Shown here in pieces: positions 21,456 to 33,141 of a stretch of 64,000 bases of DNA (positions within the stretch are counted from its first letter, which is position 1; each line of letters opens with the position of its first letter). A program made the position numbers and the translations under genes. The notes beneath the pieces were generated by a model that worked only from the letters and a program-made list of their open reading frames with translations, did no database searches and had not been told where the DNA came from. Source of the DNA: a bacterium (lineage in GTDB: Bacteria > UBA10199 > JACPAL01 > GCA-016699445); NCBI GenBank assembly GCA_035454885.1, contig DATIGE010000004.1, positions 67,096 to 131,095 of the forward strand. Direction: 5' to 3'.

Positions 21456-22931
21456 TTAGAGTACCTGGCGACGGCGGGACGCGGGGAGAATCCCCATCAA
21501 TTCGCGGTACTTTGCGACGGTCCTTCGCGCGATCTGGATGTTGTTCTTGTTCAATTGGTCCGTGATGATCTGGTCGGAAAGGGGCTTTTTCGGGTCCTCG
21601 CCGGTGACGAGCTTCCGGATCTCCTCCTTGACCGCCTCGGAGGTGAGCCCGTCGCCGTTCCCGGAGGGAACGCGGGCGTTGAAGAAGAACTTCAGCTCAA
21701 AGAGCCCGCGCGGGGTCTGCACGTACTTGTTGGTCGTCACGCGCGAGATGGTCGACTCGTGCATGTTGATGTCCTCGGCGATGTCGCGCAGGACCATGGG
21801 CTTGAGCGCCGAGACGCCGTGCTCGAGGAAGTCCTTCTGGAACTTCACGATGGACGACGTAACCCGGTAGAGCGTGCGCTGCCTTTGATGGATGCTCCGG
21901 ATGAGCCAGAGGGCCGATCGGAGCTTGTCCTGGATGTACTCCTTGGCGTTCGACGGCATTTCCTTTTGATAAAGAGCGTTCCGGTAGAAATTGCTGACCT
22001 GGAGCTTGGGAAGTCCGTCGTCGTTCAGAAACACGATGTATTCGGTACCCGCCTTCTCCACGAAGACGTCCGGGATGATGTACTGGGGCCGCTCGCTGCC
22101 GAAGGGCCGACCGGGCTTGGGCTCCAGCGTTGAGATGATGTGAGCGAGCTCGCGCAGCCTTTCCATGGAAATCTTCAAGTCCTTCAGGATGGCCGGATAG
22201 TTCTTTCGTTCCAGATCCTCGAGATGGTGATCGATCAGGGACTCGAGAAGACCTCTTTCGCGCTGCTCGAATGGTTTGATCTGGATCTTGAGGCATTCCT
22301 GGAGGTTTCGCGCCCCGATGCCCGGAGGATCAAGCTCTTGGATGCGCGCCAGGGTGCTCTCGATCTGAAAGAGCGAAACGCCCATTTTTTGGGCGATCTC
22401 GTTCAAGTCGCCCTTGATGTAGCCGTCGTCGTCGATGTTGCCGATCAGCTCCTCGGCGATTTCAATCTCCTCCTGCGGGACCGCCGCCATGTGGAGTTGC
22501 CAGAGGATGTGATCCTGAAGGGACGTGCCGGTCGGCGCCAGGTTCTCGTAGGGCGGGGGCTCGTCGCTGAAATCCCGGGACTCGCCGCCGCCGGACTCCG
22601 CGGCGTTGTAGTTGCCCATGTAATTTTCCCAGTCAAAATTGGTGGGCTCCTTCAGCGTGCCGTCCTTGGTGCCGACCTCGGCGGTTTTCTGCTCCTTGTC
22701 GTGCTGGTCGTGCAGGAGGGCCGAGGGTTCGGTGACCGAGACCTCCTCCTCCTCCTTGGACGCGGTCTCCTCGGGCGTTTCTTCCAGAATGGGGTTTTCG
22801 AGGAGTTCGTGCTGGACCAGGTTTTGAAGCTCGAGCCGCGAAAGCTGTAACAGCTTGATCGCCTGCTGCAGTTGCGGGGTGATGACGAGTTGCTGGGCCA
22901 GCTTCAGGCTCTGCTTGATTTCAAGGGCCAT
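21456..22931 (-). CDS. rpoN: RNA polymerase sigma-54 factor
   Basis: The N-terminus is MALEIKQSLKLAQQLVITPQLQQAIKLLQLSRLEL, and the C-terminal RpoN box ARRTVAKYRE is present. The start was set at the ATG at 22931. Confidence 0.9.
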   Translation of the reverse strand: MALEIKQSLKLAQQLVITPQLQQAIKLLQLSRLELQNLVQHELLENPILEETPEETASKEEEEVSVTEPSALLHDQHDKEQKTAEVGTKDGTLKEPTNFDWENYMGNYNAAESGGGESRDFSDEPPPYENLAPTGTSLQDHILWQLHMAAVPQEEIEIAEELIGNIDDDGYIKGDLNEIAQKMGVSLFQIESTLARIQELDPPGIGARNLQECLKIQIKPFEQRERGLLESLIDHHLEDLERKNYPAILKDLKISMERLRELAHIISTLEPKPGRPFGSERPQYIIPDVFVEKAGTEYIVFLNDDGLPKLQVSNFYRNALYQKEMPSNAKEYIQDKLRSALWLIRSIHQRQRTLYRVTSSIVKFQKDFLEHGVSALKPMVLRDIAEDINMHESTISRVTTNKYVQTPRGLFELKFFFNARVPSGNGDGLTSEAVKEEIRKLVTGEDPKKPLSDQIITDQLNKNNIQIARRTVAKYRELMGILPASRRRQVL

Positions 22932-23010
22932 AAATCTGCCCAAATTTTAGAAACCAGGCCGGGCCTTGTCAAGAAAGGAGCCGCGATCGAAAACTATATT
23001 TTTTGGGGGG

Positions 23011-24735
<1,725 letters not shown>

Positions 24736-24825
24736 CTATGACGATCTGGCTGGAATTTCTTCTTAGACCTCTTCGGGAAAAAATCCAGGAATTTATGACG
24801 GCGGAGCGAAAAAACTTATCCACAC

Positions 24826-27800
24826 CTATCGATCGGGATGGGCTCCGCTCGAACTACGGAACGTGACGAGCGGAAGTGTCAGCCGGAGCCCGAGACCCGC
24901 GGCCCAGTCGGCGTCCCTTGTGGACTCGCCCCAGACCGTGAGGCCGGCGTGCGGGAAAATCCCATGGAAGAAAATCTCACCGCCGTAGGCCGGATTGCCG
25001 CTCGTGAGGCGGTTGACCGTGAGGTAGGTCGTCGGGAGACCCCAGTCCAGTCCGATCCGGACACGGAGGTCGTTCGAAAGCCCGGAGTATTCCGCTCCCA
25101 TGGCGAAATAATTCGGTCCGCCGATAACGGTATGGATGTGGTGGGTCGTTGGAAAGAGGAGCTGTCCGCCGATCATGCCGCTGACCCGGCCGGAGCGGGC
25201 GTCCCATTCGAGGCCGCCGTCCAAGGTGAGGGCGATTTTGCCCCTCGGATACTGGTAGACGATCGGGAAAAAATCCCAATGCGGCTGGCTCCCCGGTACT
25301 CCGGGCCCCGAGGTCGTCACCGCCGTCGGTTGGGTGTGGGCCGCAAAGGCGGGCATCGTGCGCGACGCGTCCCAGGCCCGGTCCTCGTTCCAACGGCCGC
25401 GCCGGAAACCCTCCAGGTCGCGTCCCAAGGCGCGGACCGGCCGCCCGTCGTGCGCCATCCGGTAGAATTTGAGCTGCGTCTCCACGCTCCCGCCGGGGTT
25501 CGTCGTGAGGACGAGATATCCGCTCCCGTCCTCCGAGGGGACGCCGACCGAGGGCAGATTGACGAACGCCGTCCCCCTTTGGCGGCAATAAGAAGACGAG
25601 TTCGCGTTGAAGTCCCTCATGATCGGGCCCGGGAGGCCGTCCGATCCCGGGTCTTGGACGCGTCGAATTTCAATTCGATTGTCCAGATCCCAGTCGTGGC
25701 GCAGCTGGTGGAGGTCGTCGAAGATCGATCCGGCGTTCTTCCTCTGGAGGATATTCCCCAGCCCCGTCCGGAAACGGGCTTCCTCCGCGGCATCGGAGAA
25801 ATGAAACCGGAAGTCCGATTCCCCATAATGGTGGACATGGCCGGAGACGGCGAGCGGCATCACGGCCTCTCCGTTCGGCCGCCGGTAGTACCAAGATGCC
25901 AGGCGGACCGCCCAGGCGGCGTCGCCCCGAAGCGAATCGGCCGCGTCCGGCGTTTGGTCGGGGCCTTCTCCGGCAAAGAACGGGGGATAGTGGCCCATGA
26001 GGATCAGCCTCTGGCCGCTCGAACGCGCGGCCTCCAGCTCCCGGAGGAACGCGATGAAGGTCTCGGGCCTCGGGCCCTTGCCGTTCACGTGTTGCCGGCC
26101 CACGTACTGGGCGATTCCGTCAATGACCCCCGGCGCGACGGGATCGTGGACCTCCTCCAACAGGTAACGCGCATAGTTGAAATGCTCGGTCTCCGTCGGC
26201 CAGGCGAAGACGCGGAAGCCGTTGCCGAGCCCGGTTCCGTAGGTCTCATAGGTGCCGAGCTCGCGCATGTGGTGGTCCAGAAAGTCGTCGTTGACCGGAC
26301 CGAAGGGGTTGTCGGCGGAGAGCTCGCGGATCACGTCCGAGATCCAGCCGTCGCCCGAGCTCGAGGACGGGAGAAGCCCCTTCACGCCTTCGAAGTAGAG
26401 GACGGAGTTGGGAAAGCGATGCGTGTCGTAGTGCATCTCATAGAGGTTTTGAAGTCCGCCCGCGTTGATGAAGTTCCGCCGGTGGAGGGAGAGGGGAAAC
26501 CGGTAGCCGTGATGGTCGTGGTTGCCGCTCACGACCAGCATCGGGGCCTCGAGCCTCCCGAGAATCTCCTGAAACCTACGAAGGTTCGTGCCCCGGTATC
26601 CCTGCCGCTCCAAGGTGCCCGCGATGTTGACGAAGTCGACCAGGTCGCCTGCCAGGAAGACGCGGTGGATGCGCCCGGCCCGGTAGTCCTCGTTCCACTG
26701 GTCGACCGCCGCCTCGATCCTCTCGTTGACCGACTCGTAGAATCGCTCGACCTCCTCGGCCTGGCTCCGGAGGATGGGGACCTGGTCCGGAAGGATGCCG
26801 TCGGTTTCGTAACGGTTGGCGAGGGAAAGGAGGCTCGACCGCATGACGCGCACGATTTCATAGTCCCGCTCGTTGATGTGCAGGTCGGAGGCGAAGACGT
26901 CCCGGCTCGTGGTGTTCGCCATGTTTTGGAGGACGAAGGAGCCAGGGACGGTCCGGGTCGTCTCGCCCCTCCGGATCACAAGGTCGAATTTCCGGATCGG
27001 ACGTCCCCCGAGGGCCTCTGGCGGGTTCTCCAGGCGGAAGTTGACGCGGAAATACGTCATGGGCCGGCCGCGGAAGACGGTCCGGCCGAGCCGGCCGTGG
27101 TCCAAGTGGAAGGAAGACGTTGCACCGATCGGGTCGTCGGCCGATCCCGGCGCGTCCCGCTCGACGGAAACCGCCGTCAGCCGTCTTTCGACGCCGTCGT
27201 TTTGGTCCTGAAAGACCGACCGGCGGGCGAAAACGCCTCCGTCCGTGTTCAACGAATCCGCGATCGCCCTATCGAGGTCGGTCGGATGGGCGTCGATAAA
27301 CGCCTGAGGCACGGCGACGGCGAAGGTGACCGTCCCGTTTTCGCGCTCCAAGTCGGCCAAGTTCGCGGAGATGGGGCTGCCGGGCGCCGCCAGGAGATAG
27401 GGGGAGCGCGCGTCCCTCTGGAAGTCCGCCCGGTCCGCCGCGTCCAGGGCGGCTTGAACCTCCGAGAGCTCGTTGACGATGCCTTGAAAGTCCTGGGTCC
27501 GCGCCGCCCGGACGGGGGCCGCGATCCGCTTGGCCGCCAGGAGGAGGCTTTCGGAAAGGCGCAGGAAGTCGGTCTGGTTCGCGGTTTGGGACCGGGCCAT
27601 CACGCCGAGGCGGTACAGGTGGCGGTAATCCCCGGTCTCCGAGAGGAGCCGCAAGGCCGCACGCCAACGCCCGATGTTTCTCCGGTCGCCCAAGAGGGGG
27701 AGGACGACGTTGTCGAAGACCTGGTCCTGGAGCGTCTGGATCTGCCGCGTCCGGTCGGTCAACGTGACCCGGTCGCCGTCCCGGCTATTGGCCGGGTAGG

Positions 27801-28050
27801 TTCGGGCCACGCCCCAGAGGACCTGTTGGAGACGCGCGGCCGATCCGTCCGCGTGATGCGCTTCCACGGGGAGGACGGCCGTGGCCCCTCCCTCGATCGG
27901 GGAATAGCTCACCTCGCCGTCGTCGTTGGCGTCCAGGTCGTCGAGAATGGATTGATAAGCCGCCGGGAGGTTGTCCCAGGGCAGGGGGACGTCCACCGGA
28001 TGGTCGAGGTCCGGGTGCGAAATCGATAGCCGCCGGACGGGTGTGGACAC
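24826..28050 (-). CDS. Giant (1,074 aa) protein with central calcineurin-like metallophosphoesterase domain, paralog A
   Basis: All five MPE motifs are present: DLH (FASDLHINERDY), GDLVD (VFLAGDLVDFVN), GNHD (VVSGNHDHHG), GH (LILMGHYPP) and GHVHH (AVSGHVHHYGE). There is a ~370-aa N-terminal domain and a ~300-aa C-terminal domain of unknown function. The start is GTG with a GGAGG RBS. No signal peptide is present. Confidence 0.75.
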   Translation of the reverse strand: MSTPVRRLSISHPDLDHPVDVPLPWDNLPAAYQSILDDLDANDDGEVSYSPIEGGATAVLPVEAHHADGSAARLQQVLWGVARTYPANSRDGDRVTLTDRTRQIQTLQDQVFDNVVLPLLGDRRNIGRWRAALRLLSETGDYRHLYRLGVMARSQTANQTDFLRLSESLLLAAKRIAAPVRAARTQDFQGIVNELSEVQAALDAADRADFQRDARSPYLLAAPGSPISANLADLERENGTVTFAVAVPQAFIDAHPTDLDRAIADSLNTDGGVFARRSVFQDQNDGVERRLTAVSVERDAPGSADDPIGATSSFHLDHGRLGRTVFRGRPMTYFRVNFRLENPPEALGGRPIRKFDLVIRRGETTRTVPGSFVLQNMANTTSRDVFASDLHINERDYEIVRVMRSSLLSLANRYETDGILPDQVPILRSQAEEVERFYESVNERIEAAVDQWNEDYRAGRIHRVFLAGDLVDFVNIAGTLERQGYRGTNLRRFQEILGRLEAPMLVVSGNHDHHGYRFPLSLHRRNFINAGGLQNLYEMHYDTHRFPNSVLYFEGVKGLLPSSSSGDGWISDVIRELSADNPFGPVNDDFLDHHMRELGTYETYGTGLGNGFRVFAWPTETEHFNYARYLLEEVHDPVAPGVIDGIAQYVGRQHVNGKGPRPETFIAFLRELEAARSSGQRLILMGHYPPFFAGEGPDQTPDAADSLRGDAAWAVRLASWYYRRPNGEAVMPLAVSGHVHHYGESDFRFHFSDAAEEARFRTGLGNILQRKNAGSIFDDLHQLRHDWDLDNRIEIRRVQDPGSDGLPGPIMRDFNANSSSYCRQRGTAFVNLPSVGVPSEDGSGYLVLTTNPGGSVETQLKFYRMAHDGRPVRALGRDLEGFRRGRWNEDRAWDASRTMPAFAAHTQPTAVTTSGPGVPGSQPHWDFFPIVYQYPRGKIALTLDGGLEWDARSGRVSGMIGGQLLFPTTHHIHTVIGGPNYFAMGAEYSGLSNDLRVRIGLDWGLPTTYLTVNRLTSGNPAYGGEIFFHGIFPHAGLTVWGESTRDADWAAGLGLRLTLPLVTFRSSSGAHPDR

Positions 28051-28119
28051 TCGAGGGATACCTCCGTGCCAGGTGATCGGCAGCCCTCGAAAAAGTTGTC
28101 TAATAAAAAGAACGGATCG

Positions 28120-31100
28120 CTAGGGCCTGACGGTCAGGAGGGTCGGCGTTGCCCGCAACATGAGCCCTCCCGAGACGTTTCCCTCGAAATCCGAATTGAT
28201 CCAGACACCAACGCCGGGTTGAGGCGGCAGGACGGTATGCCACAGCAGCTCGCCTCCGAACATAGGATGGGCCGAGCTTAAATTCTCCAAGGTGACGTCG
28301 GTCCGAAACTGGCCCCAGTCGATCCCGAAGCGCGTCTTGAGATCTTCGTTTTCGAAGGAATAGGCCGCGCCGAGCGCGACATAATTGGGATGCCCGAAGC
28401 GCCTGGTATTGACGTGATCGTTCAAGGGGAAGACGAGTTCGCCTCCAAGGACGGTATCCGGCGTCGCCGACGGGGAATCCCACTGGAGGGTTAAGTCCAA
28501 GTTCAAGCCGATCTTGCCCGCGGGGTATTGATAGATCAGCGGGAGGAAGTCGAAGGTCCGCCTTGGTCTTAAGGTGTGATCGTTCACGCGCGAGACCGTC
28601 CTGCCCTGAAGCGGAACGAAGGGGGCGATCGCACGCGACGGGTCCCAATCGTGGATCTCCTGCCACCTCCCTTTGCGGAGCGACTCCAAGTCTGTCCCCG
28701 GAACATCGAGAATGCGCCCGTCGCCGGCCCGGCGCACGAAACGCGGTTCGATGGCAAAGGTTCCGTCGGATTTCGTGGTAACGATCAAGTAGCCCTGGTC
28801 GACGTCCGCGGGCGGGCCGATGGCCGGCGCGTTGACGAACGCCGTCCCCCAATTGCGACCGTGCTTGCTTGAATCCTTGTTGACCTCGCGGACGACCGGC
28901 CCCGGGAAGCCCTCCGCGCCCGCCTGGGAGACTTGGCGGATATGGGTGATGTCGTCTAAATGCCAGCGTTCCCGAAAATCCTCGAGACGGGCGTAGAGGG
29001 ACGTGTCCGCTTGGTCGAAGATGTCTCCCAACTCCTTGCGGAACTGGACCTCGATCTCTTCGCTCATCTCGTCGATGTGGTCCTGAAGGGCCATGCCGGT
29101 GAAACTCTCCCCGTGATGCTCCTTCTTGTGCTTCTCCTCGGCGAAATGGTGGAAGTGGAACCAAAAGTCGTACTCCTCGTAATGATGGACATGGCCGGAG
29201 ATCGAGGCTGCCAGGACAGGATCCCCTTGCGCGGAACGGAAGTAATAGGAGGCGAGACGGACCGACCAGGCCACGTCGCCCTTCAAGGTATCCGTTCCGG
29301 CCTGGACGCCGTCGGGTCCCGTTCCCGTGGAGATCACCGGATAGTGACCTCCCAGGATGACCCGTTCGCCGCGTGACTGGGCGGTCTTAAGCTCATTGAC
29401 GAAGGCCAAAAAGTTCTCCGGGTTCGGTCCCATGCCGTTGGGTTCCTGCTTGACCCAGTAATTCTCCAAGCCACGCCAAAAACAACTGTCCGCGCTCAAG
29501 ATCCCCACGGGATCGGGACAATCCTTGAGCAAGAAGTTGGCGAAGTAGAAGTCCTCCGATTCGGTGGGCCAGAGAAAGACGCGGAAACCGTTCCCCAGGC
29601 CGGTTCCGTAGGTCTCGTAGGTTCCGATCTCGCGCAGCTGATGGCCCAGAAACCCGTCGTTGGGGATCTTCCAGGGGTTGTCGGAGTTCAGGCGGTCCAA
29701 GATCTGGCTGTCGAGGCAGTCGGCGTCGTTCGAACAGGTCCCCATGATCAAGGCGCGGATGCCTCCGTTCCAGTAGAGATTACCAGGGAAGGACGGGGCG
29801 AAGGGGTGGTCGGTCCCGCTCTTGTCGAAATACTTTTCATAATATTTCTGGAGACCCTCCTGAAAAACGAAATTCCGACGATGGTTGCTGGTGGCGAAGC
29901 CCTGGCCCCGATGGTCGTGGTTGCCGGTGACGGTCAGGAGGGGGAACTCCGCCTTCGATAGGATGTGCTGGAGTCGGCGCAGGTTGGTGCTCCGGAAGCC
30001 CTGCTTTTGAAGGCTCAAGCCCAGGTTCACGAAGTCGGCCAAGTCGCCCAGGAGGAAGACGCGGTCGATCTTGCCCTGGCGGTAGAGATCGTTCCAGGAC
30101 TCGAACGAGGCCTCGACGTTCTCGTTGACGGACTCGTAGAACCGCTCGATGGCCGCGGCGTCCTCCGGGAGGGAGTCAGGCGCGTTGCCGGATGAGACGT
30201 CTTCGGCCATGGACTCCAGAAGGACGCGGACGATGTCGTAGTCGCGCTCGCTTAAGTGAAGGTCCGTGGCGAAGACGTCCCGGCTGGTCTTGTCCGCCAT
30301 GTCCTGCAGGATGAAGGCCCCCGGGACCTCTCGGGTGCCTTGGTCCTCGCCCAAGGTGAGTTTGAGATCGAAGCGCCGGAGGGATCGTCCGCCCAAGGCC
30401 TGGACGGAGCTAGGCAACCGAAAGCCCACCCGGTAGTAGACCATGTCCCCCTTTTTCTTCTCGAAGAGGACCCGATTCATCCGGTCTTGGTTCACGTGAA
30501 AGGAGGATTGGACGTCAATCCGGTCGTCCGTGGCCCCGGGTTGGTCCTCCTCGGCGGCGGCGGGGATGAGGGGATATTCCCGATCTTCCACTGCGTCCTG
30601 AAAGGGCGATCCCTTGAGGGTGGGGCGCTCGATGGAGGTGAAATAGTGGATCAGCGAGTCTTCCACCGTTTCGCCCCGGCGTTCGGACTTTTCCACCCAC
30701 GACTTCGGAACCGCCACCTCGAAGAAGACGAGCCCGTCGTCCTTTTTCAGGGTTTCGAGATCCGCCGTGATCGGCGAGCCTAAGGAGGCCAGGAGAAAAG
30801 GGCGTTGGATGGATAGGGCGAGGGCCTCCCGGTCCGCCTTGTCCAAGACGGGGTTTATCTTTTGGAGGGAGGCATCGATCTTCTCCATCCATTCAAAACG
30901 TCCGATACGGACGGGAGCGGCCAGCCTCCGGGCTTCCAAGAAGAGTTCCTCGGCAACGCGCACGAAGCGCAGGTCCTTGGTCGTCGTCCACCGGTCGCGC
31001 GCGATCTCGCCCAATTCATAAAGGTGCTGGTAATCCGCGACCGTGGCCAAGACGCGCCCGGCCAAGCGGAAGAGGGCGGGGTCCTTCTTGTCTTTCAGTA

Positions 31101-31458
31101 GGGACAAGGCGGCCTGGTTGTAGAGTTTGAGTTGGATCTCTTCGGACGAGGCCGTCCGGGAGTCCATGGTCGCCTCGCTCAAATCCCGGCGGGCGTAGGG
31201 CGCGACGCCTTCATAGGACCAAAAGAGGCGGAAGAAGCGGTCGACGGTTCCGTTCGCATGGACGACCTCAGCCTCCGCTGGGGCGGAGGATCCGGAGAGC
31301 GGGGAGTAGACGATCGTTCCGTCGTCGTTCGCGTCCAGGGCGTCCAGGGTCTCCTGCATCCGGTCCGGGAACGAGCCCCAGGGGAGTTCGACGGTGACCT
31401 TCCCGTCAGGGAGGTCGGGATGGAGGACGGTGAGACGATCGACTCGGTGGGACGCCAT
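28120..31458 (-). CDS. Giant (1,113 aa) metallophosphoesterase-domain protein, paralog B
   Basis: It is collinear with paralog A, including the N-terminus (LHPDL..LPW...LDxLDANDDG..YSP) and all five MPE motifs (DLH, GDLAD, GNHDHRG, GGHYP, GHVHHYEE). It starts at the ATG at 31458 (MASHRVDR...). Confidence 0.75.
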   Translation of the reverse strand: MASHRVDRLTVLHPDLPDGKVTVELPWGSFPDRMQETLDALDANDDGTIVYSPLSGSSAPAEAEVVHANGTVDRFFRLFWSYEGVAPYARRDLSEATMDSRTASSEEIQLKLYNQAALSLLKDKKDPALFRLAGRVLATVADYQHLYELGEIARDRWTTTKDLRFVRVAEELFLEARRLAAPVRIGRFEWMEKIDASLQKINPVLDKADREALALSIQRPFLLASLGSPITADLETLKKDDGLVFFEVAVPKSWVEKSERRGETVEDSLIHYFTSIERPTLKGSPFQDAVEDREYPLIPAAAEEDQPGATDDRIDVQSSFHVNQDRMNRVLFEKKKGDMVYYRVGFRLPSSVQALGGRSLRRFDLKLTLGEDQGTREVPGAFILQDMADKTSRDVFATDLHLSERDYDIVRVLLESMAEDVSSGNAPDSLPEDAAAIERFYESVNENVEASFESWNDLYRQGKIDRVFLLGDLADFVNLGLSLQKQGFRSTNLRRLQHILSKAEFPLLTVTGNHDHRGQGFATSNHRRNFVFQEGLQKYYEKYFDKSGTDHPFAPSFPGNLYWNGGIRALIMGTCSNDADCLDSQILDRLNSDNPWKIPNDGFLGHQLREIGTYETYGTGLGNGFRVFLWPTESEDFYFANFLLKDCPDPVGILSADSCFWRGLENYWVKQEPNGMGPNPENFLAFVNELKTAQSRGERVILGGHYPVISTGTGPDGVQAGTDTLKGDVAWSVRLASYYFRSAQGDPVLAASISGHVHHYEEYDFWFHFHHFAEEKHKKEHHGESFTGMALQDHIDEMSEEIEVQFRKELGDIFDQADTSLYARLEDFRERWHLDDITHIRQVSQAGAEGFPGPVVREVNKDSSKHGRNWGTAFVNAPAIGPPADVDQGYLIVTTKSDGTFAIEPRFVRRAGDGRILDVPGTDLESLRKGRWQEIHDWDPSRAIAPFVPLQGRTVSRVNDHTLRPRRTFDFLPLIYQYPAGKIGLNLDLTLQWDSPSATPDTVLGGELVFPLNDHVNTRRFGHPNYVALGAAYSFENEDLKTRFGIDWGQFRTDVTLENLSSAHPMFGGELLWHTVLPPQPGVGVWINSDFEGNVSGGLMLRATPTLLTVRP

Positions 31459-31612
31459 ACAATGCCCATCGCCGTTTTTCAAGGAATGTTGCTAAAGGAT
31501 AACAATAATAATACGTTATCTTTTAAAGACAAGTTAGGTCACATCACTTGGGGACCGATGAAAGTTTCGAAAAGGTTCTTGAGAATTTGTCTTTCTTTGT
31601 TAGAAACGCCCC
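31459..31612 (-). promoter_or_regulatory. AT-rich promoter region upstream of the giant-paralog operon (candidate -35 TTGTCT / -10 TATTAT)
   Basis: A 154-nt low-GC spacer between divergent genes. Read on the minus strand it contains ttgtct-N16-tattat. Confidence 0.35.
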
Positions 31613-32905
31613 GTGATTCCTCGTTACTCGCGTCCCGAGCTCACCGCCATCTGGGAGCCGGAAAACCGATTCAAAATCTGGTTGGAAATCGAGCTCTTGG
31701 CGGTGGAAGCGTGGGCAATGCTTGGGAAGATTCCGGCCGATATTCCCGACAAGATCCGCAAGAAGGCCAAATTCGACGTCGCCCGCATCGACGAGATCGA
31801 GCGGACGGTGAAGCACGACGTCATCGCCTTCCTGACCAACGTGAACGAGAATGCCGGGCCCGACGGGCGCTACCTCCACTGGGGGTTGACCTCCTCCGAC
31901 GTCTTGGACACCTGCTTCTCCGTCCAGTTGAAGAAGTCGGCCGACATCCTTTTAAAGGACATGGACGGGCTCCTCGAGGCCTTGAAGAAGAGGGCGCTGG
32001 AGCACAAGGCCATCCCCTGCATCGGCCGGAGCCACGGGATTCACGCCGAGCCTTTGACCTTCGGGCTCAAGGTGGCGTCTTGGTACGCCGAGATGAAGCG
32101 GAACCGGGAGCGGTTGGAGAAGGCGCGGGAGGAGGTCTCGGTCGGCCAGATCTCGGGGGCGGTGGGGACCATGGCCCACCTGAAGCCTGCAGTCGAGGAA
32201 TACGTCTGCAAGAAGCTGGGGCTCAAGCCGGACCCCGTCTCGACACAGGTGATCTCGCGGGACCGCTACGCCGCTTTTTTCTCGGCCTTGGGCCTACTCG
32301 CTTCCTCGGTCGAGCGGATCGCGACCGAGATTCGGCATCTTCAAAGGACGGAGGTTCTGGAGGCGGAGGAGTTTTTCTCGAAGGGGCAGAAGGGCTCTTC
32401 GGCCATGCCCCACAAGCGGAACCCCGTCCTTTCGGAGAACCTCTGTGGGCTCGCGCGTCTCGTCCGGTCCGCCGTCGTGCCCGCGCTCGAAAACGTCGCC
32501 CTGTGGCACGAGCGCGACATCAGCCATTCGTCGGTCGAACGGATCATCGGCCCCGAGGCGACGGTCCTGTCGGACTTCATGTTGGCCCGGCTCACGGGTC
32601 TGATCGAGAAGCTCGTCGTCTATCCGGAAAACATGAAGAAGAACCTCGAAAAGATGGGCAAGCTCGTTTTTTCGGAGGGTGTCATGCTGAAGCTCATCGA
32701 ATCGGGCCTGACGCGCGAGGAGGCCTACGCGCTGGTTCAGAGGAACGCGATGAAAAGTTGGGAGCAGGGGGCCGATTTCGAGGCGGAAGTCCGGAAGGAC
32801 GCGGACGTCGCGGGACGGCTCAAAAAGAAGGACTTTGATGAAGCGTTTGATTTGAGACATGCGCTCCGCCACGTGGATGCGATCTTTGAAAGGGTTTTCA
32901 AATGA
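31613..32905 (+). CDS. purB: Adenylosuccinate lyase
   Basis: The sequence is full-length PurB, with the SSAMPHKRNP signature. Confidence 0.9.
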   Translation: MIPRYSRPELTAIWEPENRFKIWLEIELLAVEAWAMLGKIPADIPDKIRKKAKFDVARIDEIERTVKHDVIAFLTNVNENAGPDGRYLHWGLTSSDVLDTCFSVQLKKSADILLKDMDGLLEALKKRALEHKAIPCIGRSHGIHAEPLTFGLKVASWYAEMKRNRERLEKAREEVSVGQISGAVGTMAHLKPAVEEYVCKKLGLKPDPVSTQVISRDRYAAFFSALGLLASSVERIATEIRHLQRTEVLEAEEFFSKGQKGSSAMPHKRNPVLSENLCGLARLVRSAVVPALENVALWHERDISHSSVERIIGPEATVLSDFMLARLTGLIEKLVVYPENMKKNLEKMGKLVFSEGVMLKLIESGLTREEAYALVQRNAMKSWEQGADFEAEVRKDADVAGRLKKKDFDEAFDLRHALRHVDAIFERVFK

Positions 32906-33141
32906 AGGCGAAGATCTACATCACACTCAAGCCCGGCGTCCTCGATCCCCAGGGCAAGGCGGTCCAGCATGCGCTCGCCACCCTCGGCTTCGCCGAGGTC
33001 GGAGACGCGCGCATCGGCAAGTACATCGAGCTCAAGCTGAACGGCGTGGAGCGCTCGAAGGCCGAAGCCGAAGTCAAGCAAATGTGCGAGAAGCTTTTGG
33101 CGAACACCGTCATTGAGTCTTATAGGTACGAGCTCGAATGA
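32902..33141 (+). CDS. purS: Phosphoribosylformylglycinamidine synthase subunit PurS
   Basis: An ~80-aa PurS family protein that lies directly before purQ. Confidence 0.85.
   Translation: MKAKIYITLKPGVLDPQGKAVQHALATLGFAEVGDARIGKYIELKLNGVERSKAEAEVKQMCEKLLANTVIESYRYELE

Noticed and set aside
24838-28029. A 1,063-aa ORF on the plus strand, antisense to giant paralog A.
   Set aside because: It is rich in Arg, Gly, Asp and Val and low-complexity, which is typical of an antisense frame in high-GC DNA. The minus-strand frame carries all the metallophosphoesterase motifs and has a sensible RBS and start.
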